Shown piece by piece: positions 41,962-54,800 of a stretch of 64,000 bases of DNA. The stretch is from assembly GCA_051362555.1 (NCBI GenBank), contig CM120649.1:5704001-5768000 (forward strand), given 5' to 3'. The stretch's first letter is position 1. The number at the start of each line of letters is the position of its first letter. This DNA comes from Lingula anatina. Lineage: Eukaryota > Animalia > Brachiopoda. A program made the translations under genes and the position numbers. Under the pieces are notes generated by a model. That model searched no databases and was not told the origin of the DNA. It saw only the letters and a list, made by a program, of their open reading frames with translations.

Positions 41962-44807
41962 AGAATTAAGTCAGTACACCATGAAAAAGTGCTCCACCCA
42001 TGGCGGCGGCCCGTGGAGAGCTGGTATAATCAAGGATGTGAATAACTTAGCTTCCTCTCTCCATTTTATTTTAAACAAGGCAGCAAAGCTGTCAAATGTA
42101 CAGACAAAAAACAGAAAAAAAAGATGCAAAAGAGGTCATTTTGTCAATTTTGATGCAACAATAAATAATGCTTATAATAGCAGTCAGTCAACACTGATTT
42201 TTCATTATGCACAACAGGTAACATGGTCAATAACAGGAGCAGATCCAGAAATATTTTTGACAGTATTCTAAAGTATCTCTATTGATCCATCTTCCATTTT
42301 GATGGTCTTCCAAAAGAAAAAAAATAGATACCCATCAATATAAAAAATCTAACTGTCTTCCAGGAGACCCAGAAGATGGTCTCAATCCACCCCTTCAATA
42401 AGATTATAGTTTCATGACCATGAGAGTTAAAATTCACATGATGAAAGTCCCAATATAAGAAAAATGATGACAGTGCATAAAATAATATTACTAGTGTTTA
42501 AAGACATGAATACCAATACAACTGCTTACGTGGAAATACAGAAATTGTGCAGAGCCTCAGGTGGATGGGAAAGTCACATCTTAAAAATGCCAGTGTTGGA
42601 GAAGAAATTAAAAAGAAAACAACAAAAATATAATCTAATGAAGCTGCTATTCAGTGCTTCCTTATTATGGACACTGTTATCTAGCAGAGAGCTTAACCTT
42701 TGGGAGTTTACAGGGAAATATCAACAAGTGTGATTTATGAAATCTCATTTAATGGCCACTTAATCAGGCAAATGAGTTTATAGCACTAAACTTAGCCTAG
42801 TGAATACCCAAGGGGAATTTACAGACTGACCACACAAATTTGTCCCATAAGACACAGCTTAAGAAAAGCACAAAACAATAATGCACAAAAATAGGAGACT
42901 GCCAATTCTGATGCAATAGTACATAATGTTTAACTGCACAGTCAATATCAAATTTTAATTATGCAGAACAGGTAACAAAGACGAAAGTAAAAGCATAAGG
43001 CTTCAGGTCCATCAAAGTTCAAATTTACAATTAGAAAGAGCCAGAATGAGAAAAATGAAAATTTCACACAAAATTGCATAAATTCAATAATAAATGATAA
43101 CCCAATTGAGCTGGCTTTCTAATTTGAACTGCATGCCAATCCTAAAAATCATACTTGTAAGTTAAACATAATAATAAGTAACACAGTTTTCTTTCCATAA
43201 TGTTTGCAGAAGCAGTACAAAAATATTTTTGTCAATTTTGATGTAACATTACATAATAATTTATAGAATAATGATCACCAATTTTTTATTATTGACTATG
43301 AATAGCAAGGACATGTAGAAAATTTGATTACCATTCGGCTTCATGTCCATGGGAGTTCTGAGTCCCACAATGAATATGCCAAAAAGATAATAATGAATAT
43401 TTCACTAAAATGTATAAATTCCAGAAAAAGAAGCCAATTAGACTGCTTTTCCAACTTTTTTTGAAATATTGAGTCGTAAGTAACATGATTTTCCCATAAT
43501 GGTCATCATGGCAGCAACACCAAAAATTATGTTTTCTTCTATTTTGATGCAACATTACATAATGTTTAACAGCATAATGACCATCAATTTTTAATAATAA
43601 AATATTAGTATCATGGATATTCAGAAAATGTGACCAGCAAAGGTCTTCAGGACCATGGAACTTCAAAGTCACATCTTGAAAATGCCAAAATGTAAACAAG
43701 ACAGCACTTTTCTGAAATGGGTTTATTTCCATTTTTAACACTTTTTTAACATAAAACAAAATTAACAATTAACTGCCATTTTTATATGACCAACTAATAA
43801 AATTGATGAGATGGGGAAAATATCAATAGAACAGTGTTTAATTTCCAATTTCCTCCATCTAAGATTCTGAACATAGTGGATGATTGAATATGACAAATTG
43901 CAATGATATGTGTTTATTTCCAGTTTTGACACTTCATTACACAATACATGATAACAAATTTACCATCATTTTTACATAATCAACTGACAATGTTGTAAAG
44001 ATGCAGGAAATGTCAAACAAACACTTTTATGTATCTTATTAGTTCAATAATGAGACTATTAACATGCCTAAGAATTGAATCTGAGGAAATGTAAAAAAAA
44101 GAATAACTTCTAAAATAATGGCCCGATTATGCTGATTTTCATACTCAACCTATGTTTTAGTAAGATTGACCACTCTTGTGAGTAAAATAACAATTTGCCT
44201 ATCTGTTTTTCTTATATTGTATTATCAGTGTTGTATATATGCTAAAAAAATGAAAAAACAGCATAACTTCTATAAAAGTGGCTCTATCATGCTGTTTTTC
44301 AAACTTGACCTGCGTATTATGAATATTCATCAGTTCTGTAAGTTTCAAGCCAAAAGGTAAAATGGTATTTCACATATCGTGTTATCGGTGCTGCATATAT
44401 GCTGAGAAAAGTGAAATAAAGATGCAAATAAGTGAAAAATTAAATTTTCACAAAAAACTGTTAAATTGCCAGAAAATTTTACCAAACAGACTGCGTTGCC
44501 TATTGAAGCTGTATGTTAGACCCATGTTTCTTTCCTGTAAGTTTGAGAACAGTAAGTGACATGATTTCCCTTAAATGGTCATCATAGGAGCAGTGCCCAA
44601 AATAGGGGTTTCTTCAAATTTTGATGCAACATTACATAATGTTTAACAGCATAATGACAATCAAATGTTATTAATAAAATATTAGTAACATAGACATTCA
44701 GAAAATGTGACAAGCAAAAGTCTTCAGTATCATGGAACTTTAAAGTCACACCTTGAAAATGCCAATATGTGAAAAATTAAATTTTCACAAAAAACTGTTT
44801 AACTGCC

Positions 44808-44838
<31 letters not shown>

Positions 44839-46315
44839 AAACAGACTGCATTGCCTACTGAAGCTGTATTTTAGTTGCATGTTTCTATCCTGTAAGTTTG
44901 AGAACAGTAAGTGACATGATTTTCCTTAAATGGTCATCATGGGAACAGTGCCCAAAATAGGGGTTTCTTCAAATTTTGATGCAATATTACATAATGTTTA
45001 ACAGCATAATGACCATCAATTTTTAATAATAAAATATTAGTATCATGGATATTCAGAAAATGTGACCAGCAAAGGTCTTCAGGACCATGGAACTTCAAAG
45101 TCACATCTTGAAAATGCCAAAATGTAAACAAGACAGCACTTTTCTGAAATGGGTTTATTTCCATTTTTAACACTTTTTTAACATAAAACAAAATTAACAA
45201 TTAACTGCCATTTTTATATGTCCAACTAAGAAAATTGATGAGATGGGGAAAGTATCAATAGAACAGTGTTAAATGTCCAATTTCCTCCATTCTGAGATTC
45301 TGAACATAGTGGATGATTGAATATGACAAATTGCAATGATATGAGTTTATTTCCATTTTTGACACTTTATTACACAATACATGATAACAAGTTTACCATG
45401 TTTTTTACAAAATCAACTAACAATGTTGTAAAGATGCAGGAAATATTAAACAAACACTTTTAGGCATCTTATTAGTTAAATAATGAGACTGTTAACATGC
45501 CTAATAATTGAATCTGAGGAAATGTGAAAAAACAGTATAACTTCTTAAGTAATGGCCCGATTATGCTTATTTTCGAACTCAACCTGCGTTTTAGTAAGAT
45601 TGACCACTCCTGTGAGTATAATTACAATTGGCCAATCCGTTTTTCTTATATTGTGTTATCAGTGTTGCATTTATATTGAAAATAGTGAAAAAACAGCATA
45701 AATTACCTAAAAGTGACCCGATCATGCTGATTTTCGAACTTGACCTGCGTATTATGAATATTCATCAGTTCTGTAAGTTTCAAGTCAAAAGGTAAAATGG
45801 TTTTCCACTTATCGTGTTATCGGTGCTGCATATATGCTGAAAAAAGTGAAAAAACAGCATAAATTCCCTAAAAGTGACCCGATCATGCTGATTTTCGAAC
45901 TTGACCTGCGTATTATGAATATTCATCAGTTCTGTAAGTTTCAAGTCAAAAGGGAAAATGGTTTTCCACTTATCGTGTTATCGGTGCTGCATACATGCTG
46001 AAAAAAGTGAAAAAACAGCATAAATTCCCTAAAAGTGACCCGATCATGCTGATTTTCGAACTTGACCTGCGTATTATGAATATTCATCAGTTCTGTAAGT
46101 TTCAAGTCAAAAGGTAAAATGGTTTTCCACTTATCGTGTTATCGGTGCTGCATATATGCTGAAAAAAGTGAAAAAACAGCATAAATTCCCTAAAAGTGAC
46201 CCGATCATGCTGATTTTCGAACTTGACCTGCGTATTATGAATATTCATCAGTTCTGCAAGTTTCAATTCAAAAGGTAAAATGGTTTTCCACTTATCGTGT
46301 TATCGGTAAAAGTGC

Positions 46316-46346
<31 letters not shown>

Positions 46347-46581
46347 CGGCGACAGCGACGACGGCGACGGCGACGACAGACGCAGATGATGGCTATATGT
46401 ACAGACACATCTGTGTCTGTACATAAAAAAGCCCTACGGCCATTTCGGCCCTGAGGCCTCGTCAGGGGCGAAAACAAATTACAAATTTGTTTTCCCCCTG
46501 ACGAGGCCTCAGGGCCGAAACGGCCGTAGGGCTTTTTTTTAAATAAAATGGAGAGAGGAAGCTAAGTTATTCACAACCTTG

Positions 46582-46637
<56 letters not shown>

Positions 46638-48794
46638 GAAACTCAGAGTTGGGGTTGATACATGTCTCATGTTTTTTTTTTTTTCATTTCTTAATTTTAA
46701 TTGTGCATAAATGCTTTAGACAGTTGGACACTCTGCACCACACATATGCTTGTTATATATATAGAAAATTTTCCAGAGGGGGTCAAAGTCATTGAGGGAG
46801 TAGATAATGTTTGGCTTGGTACCCGCAATTAACATGCCCGCCAAAATTCCAGGGGGGGGGGAGGTCAAGTGACCCCACTGACTCCCCTGCAGACGCCCAT
46901 ATATATATAATATATATATAATCCCCTTTTTGTCAAATTTCATTATTTTTCATTACTTCTCTTAAATTATAAATGGGCAATTTGTTAATTGGCAATCTGT
47001 ATATTTAATGATAGTCATTAACTGGAAATAGTAGAGATCAAACATCACATGGAAAAATAATCCCACAGTTAAGACTTAATGTAATATAGAAATAACAAAA
47101 AAAATTATAGCTTTTCACATATAGTCATACGAAGTCATAAACTCTTAAAATGCATGGCTGTATTTCTAACAAGAAAGAGGGATATCACTGGTTAAGTCAA
47201 CAACATAAGGCTAATGCATGCACTTCAATCATGATTCAGCAAATACCGAGTGTCATGATATCTTATCAGGTGTCCTTAAATTATTACATCGAAATTGTTA
47301 CCTACTCTCCATCTCGTCTACTGTAATCAAATCAAAAAGTGAAATAAACCATTTTTAAGCTTTTTAATTGTTTAAAATAAGGAACCTGGGCTTTGTTTTT
47401 ATTAATGTTATTTTTGTTACCATTTATGACAATTCATTGAAAAAGAAGAACCACCTTGAAGTCTGGATTGAGATTAATGGACCTCTCTGTTTAACAATCA
47501 ATGACCCCAATAGTCATATGAAGTCATAAACTCTTAAAATGCATGGCTGTATTTGTAACAAGAAAGAGGGATATCACTGGTAAGTCAACAACATAAAGCC
47601 AATGCATGCACTTTAATCATGATTCAGCAAATACCAAGTGCCATGATATCTTATATATATATGAGTGTGGAACAGAGTGCTCAACAGTCCGGAGCATTTG
47701 TACACAATTAAAATTAATAAATAAACAAGAGACATGCAATAACCAGGGGTTTTTGCATGTCTCTTGTTTATCTATTTATTTATCAAATTCAATTGTATAT
47801 ATATGTGTGTGTGTGTGTGTGTGTATGTGTGTGTGTGTGTGTGTGTGTTAATGTATCAGCTTCACTACCTCTGTAGAGGACTTAATATATTTATTTCACG
47901 GTGGGCCTAATAAGCTTAAATAAGATCTTAAATAAGCCAGTGCCTTCGCTGGTGTATAAGTATGTCTGAACCAAAATTGTGCAATGCTATTTATGATATT
48001 GATACAGCTCTCGGACTTAGCCATTAAAAATTTGATTCCAATATTTCAGCTTTTTAAGAATTCTCTCAGGCAGTTACTATAAATTTAGCATTGAATTTGT
48101 CAGTACATCAACATGAATGGCCTTTCATTCTCTCTTGCTCATGACTTCAACAGAAATTCCCATCCTAGTGAAAGCCAGCAAAAAGCTTGAGTCTAATAGC
48201 ATTACTGTTACTATAAAAATAGTAAAACACTTAACATGGACTTGCATCTCAACTATAACTAGAAAAGCACTTCAAGAGCACAGACCTCTGCCAAGGCAGC
48301 AAAGTATCCACACAATGCTGCTTCACCCCTAAATTTTCATTCTATTATGATTTAGTTTTTTGATTTTTGATTTTTTGATTTATAATTACTGATTGATTAT
48401 TGATACTGATCACAGTAAAAAACTAATTATCTGTTCCTTGGCCCACTTCTGACAGTTCGTAAAATTTCATCAAAATCTGTCCATAACTTAGCTTTTTGGT
48501 TTTTGATTATTGATTGATTATTGATCCAGATCACCACCAAAATCTAGTCATTTCTAAGTTAACCTATTTCTGACCTTTTCTGACTTTTTGAGTTATGTTG
48601 ATGACAAACAGACAGACAGACAAACAAACAGGGGTGAAAACATAACCTCCTTGGCGGAGATATATACCTTGTCTCTAATCTATGGACAAAATGCTCTCCT
48701 TTTTTAAAGCAACAAGTATTTGTTAACCAAGTCAGGTGTGGGTGCCTATAGCTTTAAGAAGTAAATGAGATTCACCTCCATAGTATGGTGTCAA

Positions 48795-48828
<34 letters not shown>

Positions 48829-51800
48829 TTGAACTTCCATGTATCCAAGATTGTTGGCACACTCCATGGACCAAGCCCCTCCACTTCTTTCTATCAACCG
48901 CTGTCCACATGACCTGTATTAAATTTTTTTCTTTTTCTCTTATTGTATGCTGGTCTTCCATCCAAACTTTGACCTGCCACATTTTCTTGGGATGCTTTAA
49001 AATGTTGATGTAAACAACTCTGATTTCTCCAATCGCAGCTGGTGGCCCAGAAAATTTCCCTTTTAAATCTTGTTCAACTAGAGGATCAGAGAGGCGATAC
49101 CGCCTCCGAATATTGTACCACCAGCTGGAGCAAGCGCATTTGTATAGACCCCCACATACACAAAATAAGGGACACAGCCACCAGTCTTTTGCTTGACAAG
49201 CTGTAAAAATGCAATCAACAAGAATTTTCAAAATATGCAAAAAAATATATATAACTTAAAATGGTACAATCAAAGTTAAGTTCATCAAAAGGTAGGTCAA
49301 AGGTCAATTTCACAGTAAGATTGCCAGTATATGACTTCCTATTCAAGTTCAATAGTAACTATGGACCTATCTCTGCCAGGTTAGGAGTTAAAAGAGAAAG
49401 AAATTAGCAGAGTTCAGTTCATGGTGAAAAGTAGGTCAAAGGTCAATTTTAAGGTCACATTTAGATTGCCAGTATATGACTTCCTATTCAACTTCAATAG
49501 TAACTATAGACCTATCTCTGCCAGTTTTGGAGATAAAAGGGAAGCAAAATTTGCAAAGTTCAGTACATGGTAAAAAGTAGGTCAAAGGTCAATTTTAAGG
49601 TCACATTAAGATTACCAATGTATGACTTCCTATTCAACTTCAATAGTAACTTTGGACCTATCTCTGCCAGTTTGGGAGATAAAAGGGAAGCAAAATTTGC
49701 AAAGTTCAGTTCATGGTGAAAAATACGTCAAAGGTCAATTTCAAGGTCACATTTAGATTGCCAGTATATGACTTCCTATTCAAGTTCAATAGTAACTATG
49801 GACCTATCTCTGCCAGTTTTGGAGATAAAAGGGAAGCAAAATTTGCAAAGTTCAGTTCATGGTGAAAAGTAGGTCAAAGGTCAATTTCAAGGTCACATTT
49901 ATATTGCCAGTGTATGACTTCCTATTCAAGTTCAATACTAACTATGGACCTATCTCTGCCAGATTTGGAGATAAAAGGGCAGCAAAATTTGCAAAGTTCA
50001 GTTCATGGTGAAAAGTAGGTCAAAGGACAATTTCAAGGTCACGTTTAGATTGCCAGTATATGACTTCCTATTCAAGTTCAACAGTAACTATGGACCTATC
50101 TCTGCCAGTTTTGGAGATAAAAGGGAAGCAAAATTTGCAAAGTTCAGTTCATGGTGAAAAGAAGGTCAAAGGTCAAGTTCAAGGTCACATTTGGATTGCC
50201 AGTATATGACTTCCTATTCAAGTTCAATAGTAACTATGGACCTATCTCTGCCAGTTTTGGAGATAAAAGGGCAGCAAAATTTGCAAAGTTCAGTACATGG
50301 TAAAAAGTAGGTCAAAGGTCAATTTTAAGGTCACATTAAGATTACCAGTATATGACTTCCTATTCAAGTTCAATAGTAACTATGGACCTATCTCTGCCAG
50401 TTTTGGAGATAAAAGGGCAGCAAAATTTGCAAAGTTCAGTTCATGGTGAAAAATAGGTCAATGGACAATTTCAAGGTCACGTTTAGATTGCCAGTGTATG
50501 ACTTCCTATTCAAGTTCAATAGTAACTATGGACCTATCTCTGCCAGTATTGGAGATAAAAAGGAAGCAAAATTTGCAAAGTTCAGTTCATGGTGAAAAGT
50601 AGGTCAAAGGTCAATTTCAAGGTCACATTTGATTGCCAGTGTATGACTTCCTATTCAAGTTCAATAATAACTATGGACCTATCTCTGCCAGTTTTGGAGA
50701 TAAAAGGGCAGCAAAATTTGCAAAGTTCAGTTCATGGTGAAAAGAAGGTCAAAGGTCAATTTCAAGGTCACATTTGGATTGCCAGTATATGACTTCCTAT
50801 TCAAGTTCAATAGTAACTATGGACCTATCTCTGCCAGTTTTGGAGATATAAGGGCAGCAAAATTTGCAAAGTTCAGTACATGGTAAAAAGTAGGTCAAAG
50901 GTCAATTTCAAGGTCACATTAAGATTACCAGTGTATGACTTCCTATTCAAGTTCAATAGTAACTATGGACCTATCTCTGCCAGTTTTGGAGATAAAAGGG
51001 AAGCAAAATTTGCAAAGTTCAGTTCATGGTGAAAAGAAGGTCAAAGGTCAATTTCAAGGTCACATTTGGATTGCCAGTATATGACTTCCTATTCAAGTTC
51101 AATAGTAACTATGGACCTATCTCTGCCAGTTTTGGAGATAAAAGGGCAGCAAAATTTGCAAAGCTCAGTTCATGGTGAAAAGTAGGTCAAAGGTCAATTT
51201 CAAGGTCACATTTAGATTGCCAGTGTATGACTTCCTATTCAAGTTCAATAGTAACTATGGACCTATCTCTGCCAGTTTTGGAGATAAAAGGGCAGCAAAA
51301 TTTGCAAAGTTCAGTACATGGTAAAAAGTAGGTCAAAGGTCAATTTCAAGGTCACATTAAGATTACCAGTGTATGACTTCCTATTCAAGTTCAATAGTAA
51401 CTATGGACCTATCTCTGCCAGTTTTGGAGATAAAAGGGCAGCAAAATTTGCAAAGTTCAGTTCATGGTGAAAAGAAGGTCAAAGGTCAATTTCAAGGTCA
51501 CATTTGGATTGCCTGTATATGACTTCCTATTCAAGTTCAATAGTAACTATGGACCTATCTCTGCCAGTTTTGGAGATAAAAGGGCAGCAAAATTTGCAAA
51601 GTTCAGTACATGGTAAAAAGTAGGTCAAAGGTCAATTTTAAGGTCACATTAAGATTACCAGTATATGACTTCCTATTCAAGTTCAATAGTAACTATGGAC
51701 CTATCTCTGCCAGTATTGGAGATAAAAAGGAAGCAAAATTTGCAAAGTTCAGTTCATGGTGAAAAGTAGGTCAAAGGTCAATTTCAAGGTCACATTTAGA

Positions 51801-54800
51801 TTGCCAGTGTATGACTTCCTATTCAAGTTCAATAGTAACTATGGACCTATCTCTGCCAGTTTTGGAGATAAAAAGGAAGCAAAATGTGCAAAGTTCAGTT
51901 CATGGTGAAAAGTAGGTCAAAGGTCAATTTCAAGGTCACATTAAGATTGCCAGTGTATGACTTCCTATTCAAGTTCAATAGTAAATATGGACCTATCTCT
52001 GCCAGTTTTGGAGATAAAAGGGAAGCAAAATTTGCAAAGTTCAGTTCATGGTGAAAAGAAGGTCAAAGGTCAATTTCAAGGTCACATTTGGATTGCCAGT
52101 ATATGACTTCCTATTCAAGTTCAATAGTAACTATGGACCTATCTCTGCCAGTTTTGGAGATAAAAGGGAAGCAAAATTTGCAAAGTTCAGTTCATGGTGA
52201 AAAGTAGGTCAAAGGACAATTTCAAGGTCACATTTAGATTGCCAGTATATGACTTCCTATTCAAGTTCAATAGTAACTATGGACCTATCTCTGCCAGTTT
52301 TGGAGATAAAAGGGCAGCAAAATTTGCAAAGTTCAGTTCATGGTGAAAAGTAGGTCAAAGGTCAATTTCAAGGTCACATTTAGATTGCCAGTGTATGACT
52401 TCCTATTCAAGTTCAATAGTAACTATGGACCTATCTCTGCCAGATTTGGAGATAAAAGGGCAGCAAAATTTGCAAAGTTCAGTTCATGATGAAAAGTAGG
52501 TCAAAGGTCAATTTCAAGGTCACATTTGGATTGCCAGTATATGACTTCCTATTCAAGTTCAATAGTAACTATGGACCTATCTCTGCCAGTTTTGGAGATA
52601 AAAGGGAAGGAAAATTGCAAAGGTTAGTTCATGGTGAAAAGTAGGTCAAAGGTCAATTTCAAGGTCACATTTAGATTGCCAGTATATGACTTCCCATTCA
52701 ACTTTAATAGTAACTATGGACCTATCTCTGCCAGTTTTGGAGATAAAAGGGAAGCAAAATATGCAAAGTTTAGTTCATGGTGAAAAGTAGTCAGGCGGCT
52801 TAGTCCAAATTTTATCCAGAATTGTGCAAAAGATGATAAAAGCATGAAATTTTCCACGATGAATGACCATTGGGTGTTTGTCAACCCCCCGATCCAAAAC
52901 AGATGAACACCCAATGGTTATTCATCGTGGAAAGTTTCATGCTTTTATCATCTATTGCACAATTCTGGATAAAATTTGGACTGAGCCACCTGACTATACC
53001 GTACTGCACATTTTGCTTTCACCACCAATATGTACTTTTTGATAGCGTTTGAGTACAAAAAAACGGAGACCACCTCCAGTGTTGGGCTTTACATGCTCTA
53101 CAAAATGCAAAAAAGAATGGGTCTCTAGCATTAACGGTTCCCGAATTAGAGACAGTTTTCAGTTTCGGCATCTTATGGCCGCTACTCCCGTGAAAATGCA
53201 CCGATTGACCTCAAATTCACGGAGATGAAAGATGACCTAAAGGGTAACACTTTCCAATAATATTATTATTGGTTAAGTCTTTGTGGTGTCTGAATAACAG
53301 GGCAAAAAAAATTTTTTTCGTAAAAAATTTTATTTTTTTGAAAATTTTGGCCCGTTTGACCTTGAAGTAAAGGTCAAAGGTCAAATCCAAGGGCATATTT
53401 GAAATCTACACATATGACTTTTGGAAAGCCGTCTGTAGAAATTTTCCCCATAACCCTTTCCGTAGGGTAGATAATTAGCTTTAATTTTGCCATTTTTGGA
53501 CAAGGGTGCATTGCAATGAGTGCCACACCCAGACCCCAATACGGACAAAGCCCAAATTTTACGTGGAACGAGTTGAGATTATAGGTGACCTAAATCCAAG
53601 AGATGGGTACAGGCGCCCTTACCGTCTAGGAGAAGCGGTAACGGTAGCCGTCTGGCGGAGCCAGCGGAACCGGCGGAGCCGGCGGAATGATCTGGACGGG
53701 ACCGAAACCATGTGTACCGCCAGCGCTAACGCTGGTGATACAATAATTTGTGCTAAAGTCTGATTTTCTCAAGTCTGAGGTATGGTGTCAGTATTTAAAA
53801 TTTCTCCATCACAGAGATTTAGAACTTGTATTTAAAAAATTAACCACAAATGGCATTTACCTAAGCAAAACAATCAACTATGTTATACATGTATATATAC
53901 TCATCTTATCTTCAACATGTTGCTGATGCTGTAATTAGAATATCTTTATTACTATAATAGTAATCTTCTACTAATTATCAATTACAGACCAGACTTTCCC
54001 AGAAACCTATTCTCTGCCTCCTGAACACTCCATCATAATTTTTATACCAGAGAGCAAAGGGAATATGCTGGTGGAACAAGATGTAACACAGAGAAGATGC
54101 CTTCATGCATGGAGCACAAATAACACTACAGTGTGGTCAATGGAACAAAGCCTTCATAATTCAAATTTATGAAGATATATGATAAAGTACCATAACTTCA
54201 TGAAGATATAGAAAACTGGAACAATGGCTTATAAAGATAAGGAAAAGGAAAAAGATAAACTTCATATTCTTCAAAAATTGGAAAGAGGTGAAGAAATTGA
54301 CCCATCATGGGAAATAGGCCAATTGACAAAACTGAGGCTGCGGTCCAGAAGGATGACCAGTCTACCATCAAGCATTAGCAGGTGCAGTAATCTACAGGAC
54401 TTAGATTTATCACAGAACCATCTAACACATCTCCCTGACTCCATCTCTCAGCTAAAACATCTGAGGAGGTTTGACCTTCAGCGTAACAACTTCACAGAGT
54501 TTCCAGCCCAAATTTGTTCTTTGCCAGAATTAGAAACACTGGACGTGAGTTATAACAAACTCGCTAGTCTTCACTCAGATGTCATCAAGTTGACAAATCT
54601 CAAGTCCTTGGATCTCAGTTCAAACCAGTTCACAGATTTTCCAGCTAAAGTATGCCACATTCCAGAGCTTGAGACACTGAAAATGGACGAGAACAAAATC
54701 TCCAATGTTCATCCTGATGTCATGAAAATGACCAAACTCAAAAATCTGTACCTTAGCCTAAACCAGTTCAAAGAGATCCCAGCTGAAGTAAGCCACATTC

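Larger units (their letters stand above)
49078..53744 (-). mobile_element. Helentron-like element, family B, carrying a satellite array
   Basis: CTAG end plus hairpin GAGGCG-ATAC-CGCCTC plus subterminal ATTGTACCACCAGC; the inverse GCTGGTGATACAAT lies at 53731-53744 within hairpin CCAGCG-CTAA-CGCTGG. Confidence 0.7.

Noticed and set aside
49290-52790. Regular repeat array as a CRISPR array
   Set aside because: Head-to-tail 146-bp monomers with no unique spacers, eukaryotic context and no cas genes.
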